A DNA stretch of 64,000 nt from Candidatus Eiseniibacteriota bacterium. Its GTDB lineage: Bacteria; Eisenbacteria; RBG-16-71-46. The stretch is from positions 1,696,001 through 1,760,000 of the forward strand of contig CAVQXP010000004.1 in assembly GCA_963717935.1 (NCBI GenBank). The letters run 5' to 3'. Numbering within the stretch: position 1 is the stretch's first letter; the number at the start of each line of letters is the position of its first letter. Below are positions 7,488 through 18,284 of the stretch, one piece after another. Under the pieces are notes generated by a model, which was given only the letters and a program-made list of their open reading frames with translations, had not been told where the DNA came from and ran no database searches. Position numbers and translations under genes: made by a program.

Positions 7488-9730
7488 TGGCCCTGGCACC
7501 GGAGCCCGCCGCCCTGGATCTGCGCCAGCTCACGCGCGTGTTGCTGCGCCGCAGGTGGCTGTTGCTCCTGCCCTGGGTCGCGGCCGTGCTGGTGGGCGTG
7601 GCCGCCGCGTTCCTGCTCAAGCCCATCTACGTCAGCCAGGTCACCCTGATGCTGGAGCGACCGCAGGCGCTCACCGGGCCGCTCGGTGGGATGGTGGGCG
7701 GTGGCGTGAGCAGCGAACAGCAGGCCGAGATGATGCGCGAGCAGGTGCGCAGCACGCCGTTCCTGCGCGGCGTGATCAGCGCGACCGGTCTGAAGAGCGA
7801 TCCGGCGGCGCGTGCCTGGGCGCTGGCCGGCTCGAAGCGCTATCCGGGGCTGCCCGCGGACCAGGAGGTCGAGGCGTTCCTGACCGACTACCTGCGCGGG
7901 GCCATCGACGTGCGGCGTGAGAAGGGTGATGTATTCCAGGTCACGGTCGGCGCCTTCGAGGCGGAGCGCGCCCGGCGGCTCGCCGAGTCGGTCGCGAACC
8001 AGTTCGTGATGGCCTCCAAGGCCGCGCAGCTGGAAGCCGCGCGCGCCACCCAGATCTTCTCGATCGAGCAGCAGGAGGTCTACCGGCGCAAGCTGGCGGA
8101 CAGCGAGGTGCGCCTGGAGGCGGCCGCGCGCGCGGCGCTGGGCAGCGGGGCGCCCCAGTTGGACGCGACCAACGTGGCGCGCGCCCGCGGATTGCTCGAG
8201 CAGGCCAACCTCGAGCTCGAGGAGCAGCGGCAGAAACTCGCCGGGCTCAAGGTCCAGTTGCAGGGCCGGAGGCTCGAACCGAGCCTCGAAATGCTCTCGA
8301 GCCCGCGCACGGCGACGCTTTCCGCGCAACTCGCCGAACTCGACCGCCAGCTCTCCGCCGTCCTGCTGGCGGAGTCCGGCAGCGACGGGGGGGCGAACGT
8401 CCGGCTCCTGATCAGCCGGAAGTACGCCGAGCTGGAGGATGAACTGGACCGCGGCGCCGTCGCGGCGCTGCCCTCCCTTTCGGCGGATGAGCGCGACCTG
8501 CTGGTGCGCGCGCGTCTGGCGCAGGTTGACCTCGCCGCCAAGCAGACCGGGCGCGACGAGATCGGCCGGCAGGTCTCCAGCTACCAGCGTGAACAGTCGC
8601 TCTCGCCCGACCGCGACCTCGCCGTGCAGCGGCTCCGGCAGGAGGTCGAGGCGAACCGGACGCTCTACAACTCTTTCGTCCAGCAGGCGACGGCATCGCA
8701 GGTCAACGAGGCGTTCCAGAACGCGCGGGTGGGGGGACGTTTCAGCGTGCTCGAACCCGCGACGCGGCCGCTCGCGCCCGCCAAGCCCAACCGCCCGCTC
8801 ATCATCCTGCTGGCGTTCGTGCTGGGAGGGGTCGTGGGTGTGGGGACCGCGCTGGTCGTGGAGCAGCACGACGAGTCCATGAAGGACGCCCAGGAGGTGG
8901 AGAGCCTGCTGGGGCTGCCCGTTCTGGGCGCGGTGCCGCGCGATGGCGAGCTCGGGCGTCGCTCCCGCCGCGGCGCGTCCGCCCCGGCGGCCGGCCTTCC
9001 CGCGCTGCACGGGGGGACCGCGGGGTCGCGCGATGGCCTGATCCACCGCCTCAAGGTGGAGAGCCCGCTGGGCCTCGAGTTCCGGCGCATCTACCTCAAG
9101 CTGGCGAAGACGCACGGGCGGATACTGCCGCGCACCCTGATGGTCACGAGCGCGACGCGCGGCGAGGGCAAGACCACGACCGCGGCCTGCCTCGGGATCA
9201 CGCTGGCGCGCGAGCTGCGCGAGAAAGTGCTGCTGGTGGACTTCGACCTGCGCAGCCCCACGCTGCACCGGACGCTGGGCCTGCCCAGCGCCACCTGGGG
9301 ACTGGCGCAGATGCTGCACGGCCGCGTCTTCGACGAGCGCCACGTGCGCGCGACGTCGCTGCCGAACCTCGATTTCCTGGCCGCAGGCCGCTCGGAGCGG
9401 CCCGCGGGCGAACTGGTGGACTCCGCGGCCTGCGAGTGGTTCTTCGAGGAGGCCATCGCCCGCTACTCGCTGGTGCTGGTGGACGCGCCCCCGAACCTGG
9501 CTGTGCCCGATCCGCTCATCCTGGGTCGGGTGGTCGAGGGCGTGTTGTACGTCATCAAGGCAGGCAGCACGATCCGCAAGGCCGCCGAGTACGGGGTGAA
9601 GGTGCAGCGCGAGGCCCGCGACAACGTGCTCGGGATCCTGATGAACGACGCCGGGGAAGTGCTGCCCAGCTACTACGGCTACCGCGCCGGGAGCTACGGC
9701 TACACCCCGAAGGAGGCAGGCGGGGCCTAG
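7487..9730 (+). CDS. wzc: Polysaccharide co-polymerase / BY tyrosine kinase
   Basis: Wzz-like N-terminus with TM, coiled coil, PxxPxKPNR plus second TM, Walker A VTSATRGEGKTT, VDFDLR, VLVDAPP, Tyr-rich tail YYGYRAGSYGY. Confidence 0.9.
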   Translation: MALAPEPAALDLRQLTRVLLRRRWLLLLPWVAAVLVGVAAAFLLKPIYVSQVTLMLERPQALTGPLGGMVGGGVSSEQQAEMMREQVRSTPFLRGVISATGLKSDPAARAWALAGSKRYPGLPADQEVEAFLTDYLRGAIDVRREKGDVFQVTVGAFEAERARRLAESVANQFVMASKAAQLEAARATQIFSIEQQEVYRRKLADSEVRLEAAARAALGSGAPQLDATNVARARGLLEQANLELEEQRQKLAGLKVQLQGRRLEPSLEMLSSPRTATLSAQLAELDRQLSAVLLAESGSDGGANVRLLISRKYAELEDELDRGAVAALPSLSADERDLLVRARLAQVDLAAKQTGRDEIGRQVSSYQREQSLSPDRDLAVQRLRQEVEANRTLYNSFVQQATASQVNEAFQNARVGGRFSVLEPATRPLAPAKPNRPLIILLAFVLGGVVGVGTALVVEQHDESMKDAQEVESLLGLPVLGAVPRDGELGRRSRRGASAPAAGLPALHGGTAGSRDGLIHRLKVESPLGLEFRRIYLKLAKTHGRILPRTLMVTSATRGEGKTTTAACLGITLARELREKVLLVDFDLRSPTLHRTLGLPSATWGLAQMLHGRVFDERHVRATSLPNLDFLAAGRSERPAGELVDSAACEWFFEEAIARYSLVLVDAPPNLAVPDPLILGRVVEGVLYVIKAGSTIRKAAEYGVKVQREARDNVLGILMNDAGEVLPSYYGYRAGSYGYTPKEAGGA

Positions 9731-9822
9731 TCTCCGCCAGGCAGGGAGGCCGGTCCGGTGAGGCGCCGCGGCACGGTGGCCGCCGCCCGGGGCATTCCGG
9801 AAGCCTCCTCGAGGAGTCGCCG

Positions 9823-10154
9823 TTGCGCAGTGTCCGGGTACCGAAGAACGTCCGCACCAACCACCTCCGGTTCCTCCTGGCCGGGCTCGTGGACAACGCG
9901 CGCTCGGCCGCTGCAGGCTGGGGCGGGCCGTGCCGCGCGCGAGCCACGGTGCGCTGGCGCGCGATCACCTGCGCGGCGCGTGGTTCGTCCCGGAGCGCGC
10001 GCTGCCGGTCGCGGTGGCCCTCCGGGCGAGCTTGCTGCCGCCAGCCCGGCTCGCCGGACCGCGGCGGCCGGGGTGGGCCGCGCGCCCGGTGGAGCGGCGC
10101 CTCGTGAGTCGGCGTCGCGTGCGGTTGTACGGTGCGGTGAAGGGTCCCCGATGA
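9823..10154 (+). CDS. Possible small hypothetical protein, apparently frameshifted
   Basis: GAGGAG RBS before TTG 9823; 'VPKNVRTNHLRFLLAGLVDNAR' in one frame and 'LARDHLRGAWFVPERALPV...VKGPR' in another, whose stop overlaps the next ATG. Confidence 0.3.
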
Positions 10155-11593
10155 GCCCGGACCATCCCGGCCCGGGCCCGGCCCCGGTCGCCGAGGCTCG
10201 CGGCGCGGCCCGGCGCCATGCGCGCCGGCTGTCCGCCGGCCTCGCGGTCGCGTTCGGCACGGCGCTGGCCCTCGTGTTGGTCGTGGGGTTCGTGGCGCTC
10301 GACTACCGCTTCGGCCAGGAGCCGCATCGCCTGGTGAAGATCGCGCTGGGCGGGGCGGTCGGCGTCTGGATCCTGCTGATCCCGCGCCTCGGGCTCTTCC
10401 TGCTGCCCGTGGCCACGCCGTTCCTCTCGTGGATGCCCCGCATCCCGGTGCCGGGCTTGAACATCCTGAACGTCCTCCTGTTCACGGTGTTCGCGAGCTG
10501 GGCGCTGGGGCGCATCTTCGCCCGGCAGCCGATCGTGCGGCGCACTCGCCTGGGGAGCCTGCTCGCCGCCATCATGGTGCTGGCCGCGCTCTCCATCGTG
10601 CGGGGCGCCGCGTTCCCCACCGGCTACCACTACGAGGGCCTCGCGGCGGCCTGGGGGCTGCTGCGCAGCGCCATGACCTTCGCCTTCTACTTCCTCGGCT
10701 TGTGGATGGTGCGGGGAGCGCAGGACCGCCGCCGCATGAGCTGGGCCATCGTCATCGGACTGCTCGCCGAGGCGGTCGTGACCATCGCCTTCGGGCGCAA
10801 CGGACGCGGTGGACGGGCCGTCGGCTCCTTCGGCCAGCCCAACGAACTGGGGGCCTTCCTGGCCATGTTCACGGCCTTCGCCGCCGCGCAGCTGCCCGCG
10901 GCGCGGCGCTGGGGGGCGCGGCTCGCGCTGAGCGGGGCGGTGGTGGCCGGCGTCTTCGCGGTGGTGCTGACGGTCTCGCGCGGCGCCGTGGTGGCGCTGG
11001 TGGCGGCGCTGCTCTTCGTCGCGCTGCGCAGCTCGCGCGTCCTCACCCTGATCCTGCTCGTCGCGGGAGTATCCTCGCCACTCTGGGCCCCGGACTACCT
11101 CAAGGAGCGCATGATGGGCATGCAGGTCGAGTCCGAGACCTCCGACGGCGTTTCGCTCGAGGCTTCGGCCCAGTTGCGCGTGGACACCTGGCGGGCCGTC
11201 ATGAAGGTGGTGTCGGAGCATCCGGTGGATGGCGTGGGCTTCTCGGGGCTTGGCTACGTGCTGCCCGCCGCCGGCCAGGAACTGGGTGTCGAGGTCAAGG
11301 ACTCGGCCCACAACACCTATCTGCGTTTCCTGGGCGAGATGGGCGTGCTGGGCCTGCTGCTCTTCCTGGCATTGCTGTGGCGCTGCTGGATGCTGGCGCG
11401 CGACGGCGTGCGGCTCGCGCGCGACCGCGCGGACCGGCAGCTCGCGCTGGGGCTCGCCGCGGCGACGATCGCGTTCGCCGTCTCGTGCGCCTTCGGCGAC
11501 CGCTTCTTCAGCGGGCTGATCTCGGGCAACTTCTGGCTGGCCTGTGCCCTCGTGGACGACCTCGTGAGCGAGCGCCGCGCGGAGGCCGCGTGA
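10151..11593 (+). CDS. O-antigen ligase / Wzy polymerase family membrane protein
   Basis: Polytopic; RAVGSFGQPNELG, LTVSRGA, R..W......HPVDGVG, DSAHNTYL..LGEMGVLG. Confidence 0.88.
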   Translation: MSPDHPGPGPAPVAEARGAARRHARRLSAGLAVAFGTALALVLVVGFVALDYRFGQEPHRLVKIALGGAVGVWILLIPRLGLFLLPVATPFLSWMPRIPVPGLNILNVLLFTVFASWALGRIFARQPIVRRTRLGSLLAAIMVLAALSIVRGAAFPTGYHYEGLAAAWGLLRSAMTFAFYFLGLWMVRGAQDRRRMSWAIVIGLLAEAVVTIAFGRNGRGGRAVGSFGQPNELGAFLAMFTAFAAAQLPAARRWGARLALSGAVVAGVFAVVLTVSRGAVVALVAALLFVALRSSRVLTLILLVAGVSSPLWAPDYLKERMMGMQVESETSDGVSLEASAQLRVDTWRAVMKVVSEHPVDGVGFSGLGYVLPAAGQELGVEVKDSAHNTYLRFLGEMGVLGLLLFLALLWRCWMLARDGVRLARDRADRQLALGLAAATIAFAVSCAFGDRFFSGLISGNFWLACALVDDLVSERRAEAA

Positions 11594-12612
11594 GCGGGCG
11601 TGCGCTGCGCTGGCTCGCGAGCCTGCTGCGGCACCCGCACGGCGATGGGGTGGCGAGCCTGGTCATCATCCGGCACCACCGTGTCTACGGCCCGGGCGAG
11701 CGTCCGCTCTACCGGCTGGGCGTGGGCGAGGACGTGCTGCGCGCGCAGCTCGCGCTGCTGGTGCGGCGCGGCCAGGTGCCTGTGACGGTCTCGGAGGGGT
11801 TGGCGCGGCTGGCGGGTGGGGAGCCCCGCCGCACCGTGGCGCTGAGCTTCGACGACGGCTACGCCGACAACGTGCGGCGCGTCCTGCCGCTGCTCGCGGC
11901 GGCCGGGGCGCGGGCCACGTTCTTCCTCACCGCGGGGCTCATCGAGGAGCGCCGGGCGCCCTGGTGGGACGAACTCGCGCACCTGCTCGCCGGGGCCCGC
12001 GTGGCGCGCTTCGAGCACGAAGGCCGCGTCTGCGAGCTCGCGGACGAAGCGGGCCGGGTGCGGGCGCTGCGAGCGCTCCTGCCCGCGTTCCGCACCTCAC
12101 CCGTGGGCCAGCGGGCGCTGCTCGAGGGCCTGGCCGGGCGTCTCGGGGTCCCGAACCCCGCGCCCTGCGAGCTGGCGACCTGGGAGGAGTGCGGCGCGCT
12201 GCGGGCGGCGGGGATGGAGGTCGGGGCGCACACGCTCACCCACCCCCTGCTCTCGACCCTGCCCGCTGCGGAGCAGGCCGCCGAGATCGGCGGCTCCTTC
12301 GAACTCATCGCGCGGCGGCTGGGCGAGCGGCCGCGCGGGCTCGCCTACCCGGGCGGCGACCACGACGCCGCGAGCCTCGAAGCGGCGCGTGCCGCCGGCG
12401 CCGCCTGGGCGGTGACCACGCGGGCGGGGGAGAACCGCGCGGACACGCCGGCGCTGGAACTGCTGCGCCGCGGACTCTCCGAGGGCGCGTGCCTCGGCCC
12501 GGGCGGGCGCTTTTCGGAGCGTCTGACGCTGGCCGAGCTGGACGGGCGGTTCGAGCGGCTGCGGGCGCGGCGGGCGCGGGCCGGCGTGCCCGCGGGGGAG
12601 GCCGCCGGATGA
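11590..12612 (+). CDS. Polysaccharide deacetylase (CE4/NodB)
   Basis: ALSFDDGYADN, ATFFL, EVGAHTLTHP, LAYPGG; GTG start overlaps the upstream stop. Confidence 0.9.
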   Translation: MSGRALRWLASLLRHPHGDGVASLVIIRHHRVYGPGERPLYRLGVGEDVLRAQLALLVRRGQVPVTVSEGLARLAGGEPRRTVALSFDDGYADNVRRVLPLLAAAGARATFFLTAGLIEERRAPWWDELAHLLAGARVARFEHEGRVCELADEAGRVRALRALLPAFRTSPVGQRALLEGLAGRLGVPNPAPCELATWEECGALRAAGMEVGAHTLTHPLLSTLPAAEQAAEIGGSFELIARRLGERPRGLAYPGGDHDAASLEAARAAGAAWAVTTRAGENRADTPALELLRRGLSEGACLGPGGRFSERLTLAELDGRFERLRARRARAGVPAGEAAG

Positions 12613-13756
12613 GCTTGCGGATCCGGGTGCTCTACGTGGTCGGCAACTTCGTCGCGGGCGGGGCGGAGCGCCATCTCGTCGAGCTGTGGAAGGGGATCGA
12701 CCGTGCGCGCTTCGAGGTCGTCATCGCCTGCTTCCGGCGCGAGGGCGCGTTCCTGGCCGAGGTGGAGTCGCTGGGCTGGCCGGTCCGCGAGCTCGCGGTC
12801 GGACGCCGCATCTATGGTGCGGCGGGCCTCGCGGGGTTCGCGCGCCTCCTGCACCTCGTGCGCGACGTGCGGCCGCAGGTCATCCACGGGTACCTCTTCG
12901 GCCCGAACCTCTACGCGGCGCTCGCCGGGCGGCTGGCGGGGGTGCCCGCGGTGGTCGTGGCCAAGCGCAACGTGGACGCCTTCGAGACGCGCCGGCAGGT
13001 CCTGGCGCAGCGGCTCGCGCATCGGCTGGCCACGCACGTGACGGCGGTGAGCGAGGTGGTGGCGGAGTCCGTCGTCGCCCTGGGCGTGCCGCGCGCGCGC
13101 GTCACCGTGATCCCGAACGGGGTGGACGCTGCGCGCTTCGTCCCACTCGCCCCGGTGGAGGAGGCGCGGCACGCGCTCGGCGCGGACGGCTGCGCCGCTG
13201 GTGGGGAGCGTGGGCTGCCTGGCCGCGCGCAAGGACTACGGCACGCTGCTCGAGGCGCTGCGCCTGCTCGGAGGGCCGCGGCGTCGCGTTCCGCGCGGCG
13301 CTGGTGGGGGACGGCCCCGACCGCGACGCGCTCGAGGCGCGCGCCGCCGCTCTGGGGCTCGCGGACCGCGTGCGGTTCCTCGGCGAGCGCGCCGACATCG
13401 ACCGCCTGCTGCCCGGCATGGACGTGTTCGTGCTCTCCTCCCGCGAGGAGGGGATCCCGAACGCGCTGCTCGAGGCCATGGCCGCGGGGCGTGCGTGCGT
13501 CGCGACGGCGGTGGGCGGCACGCCCGAGGTGCTGCGCGACGGCGAGACCGGCTGGCTCGTGCCGCCCGGCTCGCCCGGGGCGCTGGCGGACGCGCTCGAG
13601 CAGGCGCTCACGCGGCCCGGCGAAGCGCGCCGGCGCGGGGAGGCGGCCCGCCGCGCGGCGCGCGAGGAGCTGAGCATCGAGGCGATGGTGCGGCGGCACG
13701 AGGAGTTCTACGAGCACGTCGCCGGCCGCCCATCGACGGGGGGAGGGAGCCGGTGA
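12609..13756 (+). CDS. GT4 glycosyltransferase (two apparent frameshifts near 13190 and 13270)
   Basis: GGAERHL, VIPNGVD in frame 11964; VGCLAARKDY in frame 13201; DVFVLSSREEGIPNALLEAMA in frame 12686. Confidence 0.85.
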
Positions 13757-14994
13757 AGTCCGTGGCCTTCGTGACGACGACGTTCCCCACGCTCGCCTCG
13801 TTCATCGAGGACGACGTCCATCGGCTCACGGCCCGCGGCGTGCGGGTGCGGGTCTACGCGCTGCGCGGGGTCGGGCGCCAGTACCAGCCGCGGCACGCGC
13901 CACTGGTGGCCCTCACGGAATCCGTGGGCTCGCCCCTGGACCTGCGCGCCTGGGGGGCCATGCTGGTCTGGCTGCTGCGCCGCCCCGGCACGTTGGTGGG
14001 CGAGACCGCACGCATCCTCTGGGCTTCGCGCGGCTCGCCCTACGCGCTCGCCGGCCACCTGCTCTGGCTGCCCGCCGCCTGCCGCGTGGCTCTGCTCGTC
14101 GAGCGCGAGGGCCTCGAGCGCGTGCACGGGGCGTGGGCCCACTTCCCGGGCAGTGCGGCCTACCTCGCCGCGCGGCTGACGGGCCGGCCCTTCAGCCTCT
14201 CGGCGCACGCCGGCGCCGACCTCTACCGCACGCGCGCCTTCCTTGCGGAGAAGGTGCGCGCCGCCGATTTCGTGGCGACCTGCGTGCGTGGCAACGCGGA
14301 GCTGCTGCGCGAGCTGGCGGGCCCCGGCGCCCGGGTCGAGTGGGTCGCGCACGGCGTGGATCTCGCCCGCTTCGACGGCTCGGGCCGTGCGCCCGATCCC
14401 GATCCCGTTCTGATCACGGTCGGACGGCTCTCGCCGCCCAAGGGCTTCGACGACGCCATCCGCGCGCTGGCGCTCCTGCGCTCGCGCGGGCGCGAGGCCA
14501 CGCTCTGGCTGGTGGGCGACGGTCCCGAGCGGGTCGCCCTCGAAGCTCTGGCCCGCGAGACCGGCGTGGCGGACCGGGTACGCTTCCTCGGCGCGCTCAG
14601 CCACGAGGAGCTGTTGCCGCTCTACCGCCGGGCCTGGCTCCTGCTCGCCCCGAGCCGCGTGCTCGCCAACGGCCGCCGCGACGGCATCCCGAACGTGATC
14701 GTGGAGGCGATGGCGATGGGGATGCCCTGTGTGGGCACGCGCGCGGGCGGCATCGAGGAGGCGATCGTGCCGGGCGGGACCGGTGCGCTCGCCGAGCCGG
14801 GAGACCCGGCCTCGCTGGCCGATGCGGTCGAGAGCGTGCTGGCCGACCCGGAGGCGCTGGCGCGGCTCGGCCGCGCGGCGCGGCAGCGGGCCCTGGAGCG
14901 GTTCGACGCGGCGCGGAGCTTCGAGCGGTTCTTCGCGTTGTTCGAAGGGCACGAGGCGGACCCGCCTGCCGTGGCTCCCGGAGCCGGACGATGA
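13753..14994 (+). CDS. GT4 glycosyltransferase (WcaL/AmsK-like)
   Basis: TTFPTLASFI, SAHAGADLY, VGRLSPPKG, RDGIPNVIVEAMAMG. Confidence 0.88.
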   Translation: MKSVAFVTTTFPTLASFIEDDVHRLTARGVRVRVYALRGVGRQYQPRHAPLVALTESVGSPLDLRAWGAMLVWLLRRPGTLVGETARILWASRGSPYALAGHLLWLPAACRVALLVEREGLERVHGAWAHFPGSAAYLAARLTGRPFSLSAHAGADLYRTRAFLAEKVRAADFVATCVRGNAELLRELAGPGARVEWVAHGVDLARFDGSGRAPDPDPVLITVGRLSPPKGFDDAIRALALLRSRGREATLWLVGDGPERVALEALARETGVADRVRFLGALSHEELLPLYRRAWLLLAPSRVLANGRRDGIPNVIVEAMAMGMPCVGTRAGGIEEAIVPGGTGALAEPGDPASLADAVESVLADPEALARLGRAARQRALERFDAARSFERFFALFEGHEADPPAVAPGAGR

Positions 14995-16116
14995 GCGGGC
15001 GGACGCTGCGGGTGCTGCACGTCATCGAGGCCATGGACCGGGGTGGCGCGGAGTCGCTCATCGTGGAGCACGCGCGCCACGCGGGACCCGGCGTCGAGGT
15101 GCTGGTGTGCGCGCTCAACCGCGGAGGACCGGCGCTCGAGGCGGCGCGCGCCGCCGGAGCGCGGACCTTCGTGCTCCAGGGCCGCGGCCGGCTCGCGCGC
15201 ATCGGCCGGCTCGCGGGGCTGATCCGCGAAGAGGCGGTCACGGTGGTGAACGGCCACAACCCCACCGGGGGGCTGGCGGCGGCGCTGGCCGCGCGGCTCG
15301 CGGGCGTGCGCGCGGTGCTGCGCACGGAGCACAGCCTCCACTACGCGGGCCGGCACTCGGTCGCGTGGCCCGTCCTCGAACAGGTCGCGACGGCGCTCAC
15401 GGTGCGCGTCCTGTGCGTGTGCGAGACCGTGCGCGAGAGCCATGTGACGCGCTTCCGGCGCACGGCGCGGCGCTTCGTCACCGTGCTCAACGGAGTCTCG
15501 GTCGCTCCGGCCGCACGGCCGCGCGCGCAGGCGCGCGCAGCCCTCGGGTTCGGACCACGAGGAGCGCGTGGCGCTCAGCGTGGGCAGCATCACGCCGCAG
15601 AAGGCGCAGGATGTCCTGCTCGAGGCGTTCGCGCGGGCGGCGGCGGACGCGTCCGCAAGCCGGCTCCTGATCGCCGGGGAAGGGCCGCTGCGCGCCGGGC
15701 TCGAGGCCCGGTGCGATGCCCTGGGCCTGGGCGCACGCGTCCGGTTCCTGGGCGCGCGCGAGGACGTGGGCGACCTGCTCGCGGCGGCCGACGTGTTCGT
15801 GCTCTCCTCGCGGCGCGAGGGGCTCCCCGTGACCCTGCTCGAGGCGATGCGCGCGGGACGCGCGGCGGTCGTGACGCGCGCGGGCGGTTGCGCCGAGGCC
15901 GTGGCGGACGGGGACACGGGGCTGCTCGTGCCGGTGGGCGATGCCGTGGCACTGGGCGCGGCGCTTCGCGCGCTGCTGGCCGACCCCGGGCGCTGCGCGC
16001 GCCTGGGGGATGCGGCCCGCGAGCGCTGGGCGCGGGAGTTCACGGCGGAGCGCATGGTGCTCGAGACCGAGGGGATCTACGAGGCGGCGCTGGCCGCAGG
16101 AGGGACTGGCCGGTGA
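14991..16116 (+). CDS. GT4 glycosyltransferase (apparent frameshift near 15550)
   Basis: VLHVIEAMDRGGAE...VLNGV, then SVGSITPQKAQ...DVFVLSSRREGLPVTLLEAM. Confidence 0.85.
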
Positions 16117-17249
16117 GCGGGGAGCGGTTGCTCGAGCCGGTGGGGCCGGTGCGCCTCAGCCTGGCCGCGATCGGCGACGTGGGGGTGATCGGGAGCGCCC
16201 GTGCCCGCGCGCGGCGCGAGGGCTGGGACGCGGTCTTCGCCGCGGCCGCCCCCGCGCTGCGCGCCGCGGACGCGGGCTTCGCGAACCTCGAGATGCCCGT
16301 GGCCGAGGCGGGCCAGGTGCGCCCGGGACGCTCCCCCGAGTTCCGGCACGATCCGGAGGTGCTCCCGGCGCTGGCGCGCGCGGGCGTGCGCGTCCTCGCG
16401 CTGGCCAACAACCACATCCTGGACTGCGGCCCGCGCGGGCTCGAGCGCACGCTTTCGGCCTGCGAGAGCGCGGGCCTTGCCTGCGCCGGCGCGGGGCCCG
16501 GCCTGGAGGCGGCGCGCCGCCCGGCCGAGTTCGTCGTCGGCTCGCAGCGCGTGGCCCTGCTGGCGTACGCTGCGCCCTCGAAGGAGAGCGCGCGGGCGGG
16601 CAGTCCGGGCCCGGCGCCGCTCGAGGCCGCGCTCGTCCGTGAGGACCTCGAACGCTGGCGCCCGCGCGCCGACGTGCTGGTCGTGAGCGTGCACTGGGGC
16701 TCGATGTACGTGGACTACCCGCCTCCGCGCGTGCTCGAGCTGGCGGAGACGCTGGAGCGCGGTGGGGCCGACCTCGTGCTCGGGCACCACCCTCACGTAT
16801 TGCAGGGCTGGCGTCGCGCGGGCCGGTGTCTGACGCTCTTCAGCCTCGGCGACGTGGTGTTCGACGCGCGCGCGGGTGACTTCGAGGCGCGCGTGGCATC
16901 CGCGACGCGGCGCGAGAGCGCGGTCTTCACGGTGCGCGTGGCGGACCAGCCCGGGCTGGACGTGCTGCCGCTCACGCTCGATCCCGACGGCTGGCCGCAG
17001 GCCCCGGACGAGGCCCGGGGACGCGCGCAAGTCGGGCGCCTGAGGGACCTTGCCGCGGGACTCGCGGATGCGCGCGGGCGCTTCGCCCGCGAGGCGGCCC
17101 CGCGCCTGCTCGGCTACGAGCTCGAGAGCCTCGGACATTACCTTCGGCAGGGCCGCCTGGATCGGGTCGCGCGACTGCTGGGCTCGGTGAGGCCGCGCCA
17201 CCTGCCGCTGCTGTGGCAGGCGCTGCGCCGGCGGGGAAGGGACGCATGA
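16113..17249 (+). CDS. CapA/PGA_cap family metallophosphoesterase-like protein
   Basis: IGDV, FANLE, LANNHILDCG, VSVHWG, VLGHHPHVLQ, FSLGD motifs. Confidence 0.88.
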   Translation: MSGERLLEPVGPVRLSLAAIGDVGVIGSARARARREGWDAVFAAAAPALRAADAGFANLEMPVAEAGQVRPGRSPEFRHDPEVLPALARAGVRVLALANNHILDCGPRGLERTLSACESAGLACAGAGPGLEAARRPAEFVVGSQRVALLAYAAPSKESARAGSPGPAPLEAALVREDLERWRPRADVLVVSVHWGSMYVDYPPPRVLELAETLERGGADLVLGHHPHVLQGWRRAGRCLTLFSLGDVVFDARAGDFEARVASATRRESAVFTVRVADQPGLDVLPLTLDPDGWPQAPDEARGRAQVGRLRDLAAGLADARGRFAREAAPRLLGYELESLGHYLRQGRLDRVARLLGSVRPRHLPLLWQALRRRGRDA

Positions 17250-17402
17250 CGAGGGAAGCCTGGGACACGAGGTGGCCTGCCGGCTGGAGGGTGGTGCCGT
17301 CCGGGCGCTGTCGAACGCCGCGGCGGTCGCGTGGCATCATGCGCGTCGGCGGCCGCCAGCGATCGCGGAGGCGCTGAAGCTGCGCAAGAGAGGCGGAGGA
17401 TC

Positions 17403-18284
17403 ATGAGCCAGAGGACGGAGGCACGGCGCTCGTTCGAGCGGCTGCTCGAGTGGACCATCCGGGTCGAGTACCCGGCGGCAGCGACGTTCCTGCCGGAGGC
17501 CGGGCGGGAGGCCTTTCTGGACTATTACAGGAACCTGCCGAAACTGCGTGAGCCGCAGGCGCTCGCGCGGTACCGCCGGGGCATGTGGCGCTCCGAGGCG
17601 GGCTGGGTGGCGCGCTGGGTCGCGCGGCGGCACGAGGTCACCGGGCGCAGGCCCCGCGTGCTCGACGCGGGTTCCGGGTTCGGGACCTACTCGATGCTCT
17701 TCGCGGCCGCGGGCGCCGAGGTCGTGGGCGCGGACCTGAGACCCGACCGGCTCGAAGCGACCGCGAGCCGGCTCGTCTTCTGCCGCGAGAGTCTGGGGCT
17801 GGATCTTCCGGTGCGCTGCGAGCGCGCGGACCTCACGGCCGCCTGGGACGCGGACTACGACCTGGTCTGGGTCTACAACGCGCTCTCGCACATCGACCCG
17901 CTGGAGCGCTTCCTCGAGGAACTCCGCCGCCACCTCAGGCCGGGGGGCGTACTGGCCGTGGGCGACATCAACGGCGCGCACCCGGGTCACGTGCGGCGCC
18001 TGGCCGGTCTGCGCGAGGAGGTGCACCAGGAATACGTGGCGCCCGACGGTCAGCGTTCCGCCTACGCGGTCGAGCGCACGTTCCCCCCGGGCGAATTGCG
18101 CCGGGAGATGCAGTCGCACGGCCTGCGGGTCGTGCACCACGAGCTCTACTGGGGCGGGTCGGGCGTGCTCGCCTGGCCCCTCTACGAAGGCCTGCTGCGG
18201 CCGCTGCAGACGCAATGGTGGCTGGGCGCGTGGTTCGCGCGGCGGCAACTGATGGTCGCCGCGGTGGCGCGGCCCGGGGCGTGA
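17403..18284 (+). CDS. Class I SAM-dependent methyltransferase
   Basis: VLDAGSGFG motif I, VGADL, YDLVW..NALSHI, LRPGG; GGAGG RBS before ATG 17403. Confidence 0.85.
   Translation: MSQRTEARRSFERLLEWTIRVEYPAAATFLPEAGREAFLDYYRNLPKLREPQALARYRRGMWRSEAGWVARWVARRHEVTGRRPRVLDAGSGFGTYSMLFAAAGAEVVGADLRPDRLEATASRLVFCRESLGLDLPVRCERADLTAAWDADYDLVWVYNALSHIDPLERFLEELRRHLRPGGVLAVGDINGAHPGHVRRLAGLREEVHQEYVAPDGQRSAYAVERTFPPGELRREMQSHGLRVVHHELYWGGSGVLAWPLYEGLLRPLQTQWWLGAWFARRQLMVAAVARPGA

Noticed and set aside
9768..9783. CGGCACGGTGGCCGC as a sigma54 -24/-12 promoter
   Set aside because: GG-N10-GC spacing is present but the TT of TTGC is missing. This is too likely by chance in GC-rich DNA.
14133..17249. 1038-aa GT4-CapA fusion in the ORF track
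   Set aside because: Produced by the indel near 15550. The CapA gene has its own GTG overlapping the GT stop at 16113-16116.
17246..17377. 43-aa ORF MTREAWDTRW... between capA and the methyltransferase
   Set aside because: No motif and poor codon pattern; not enough support.
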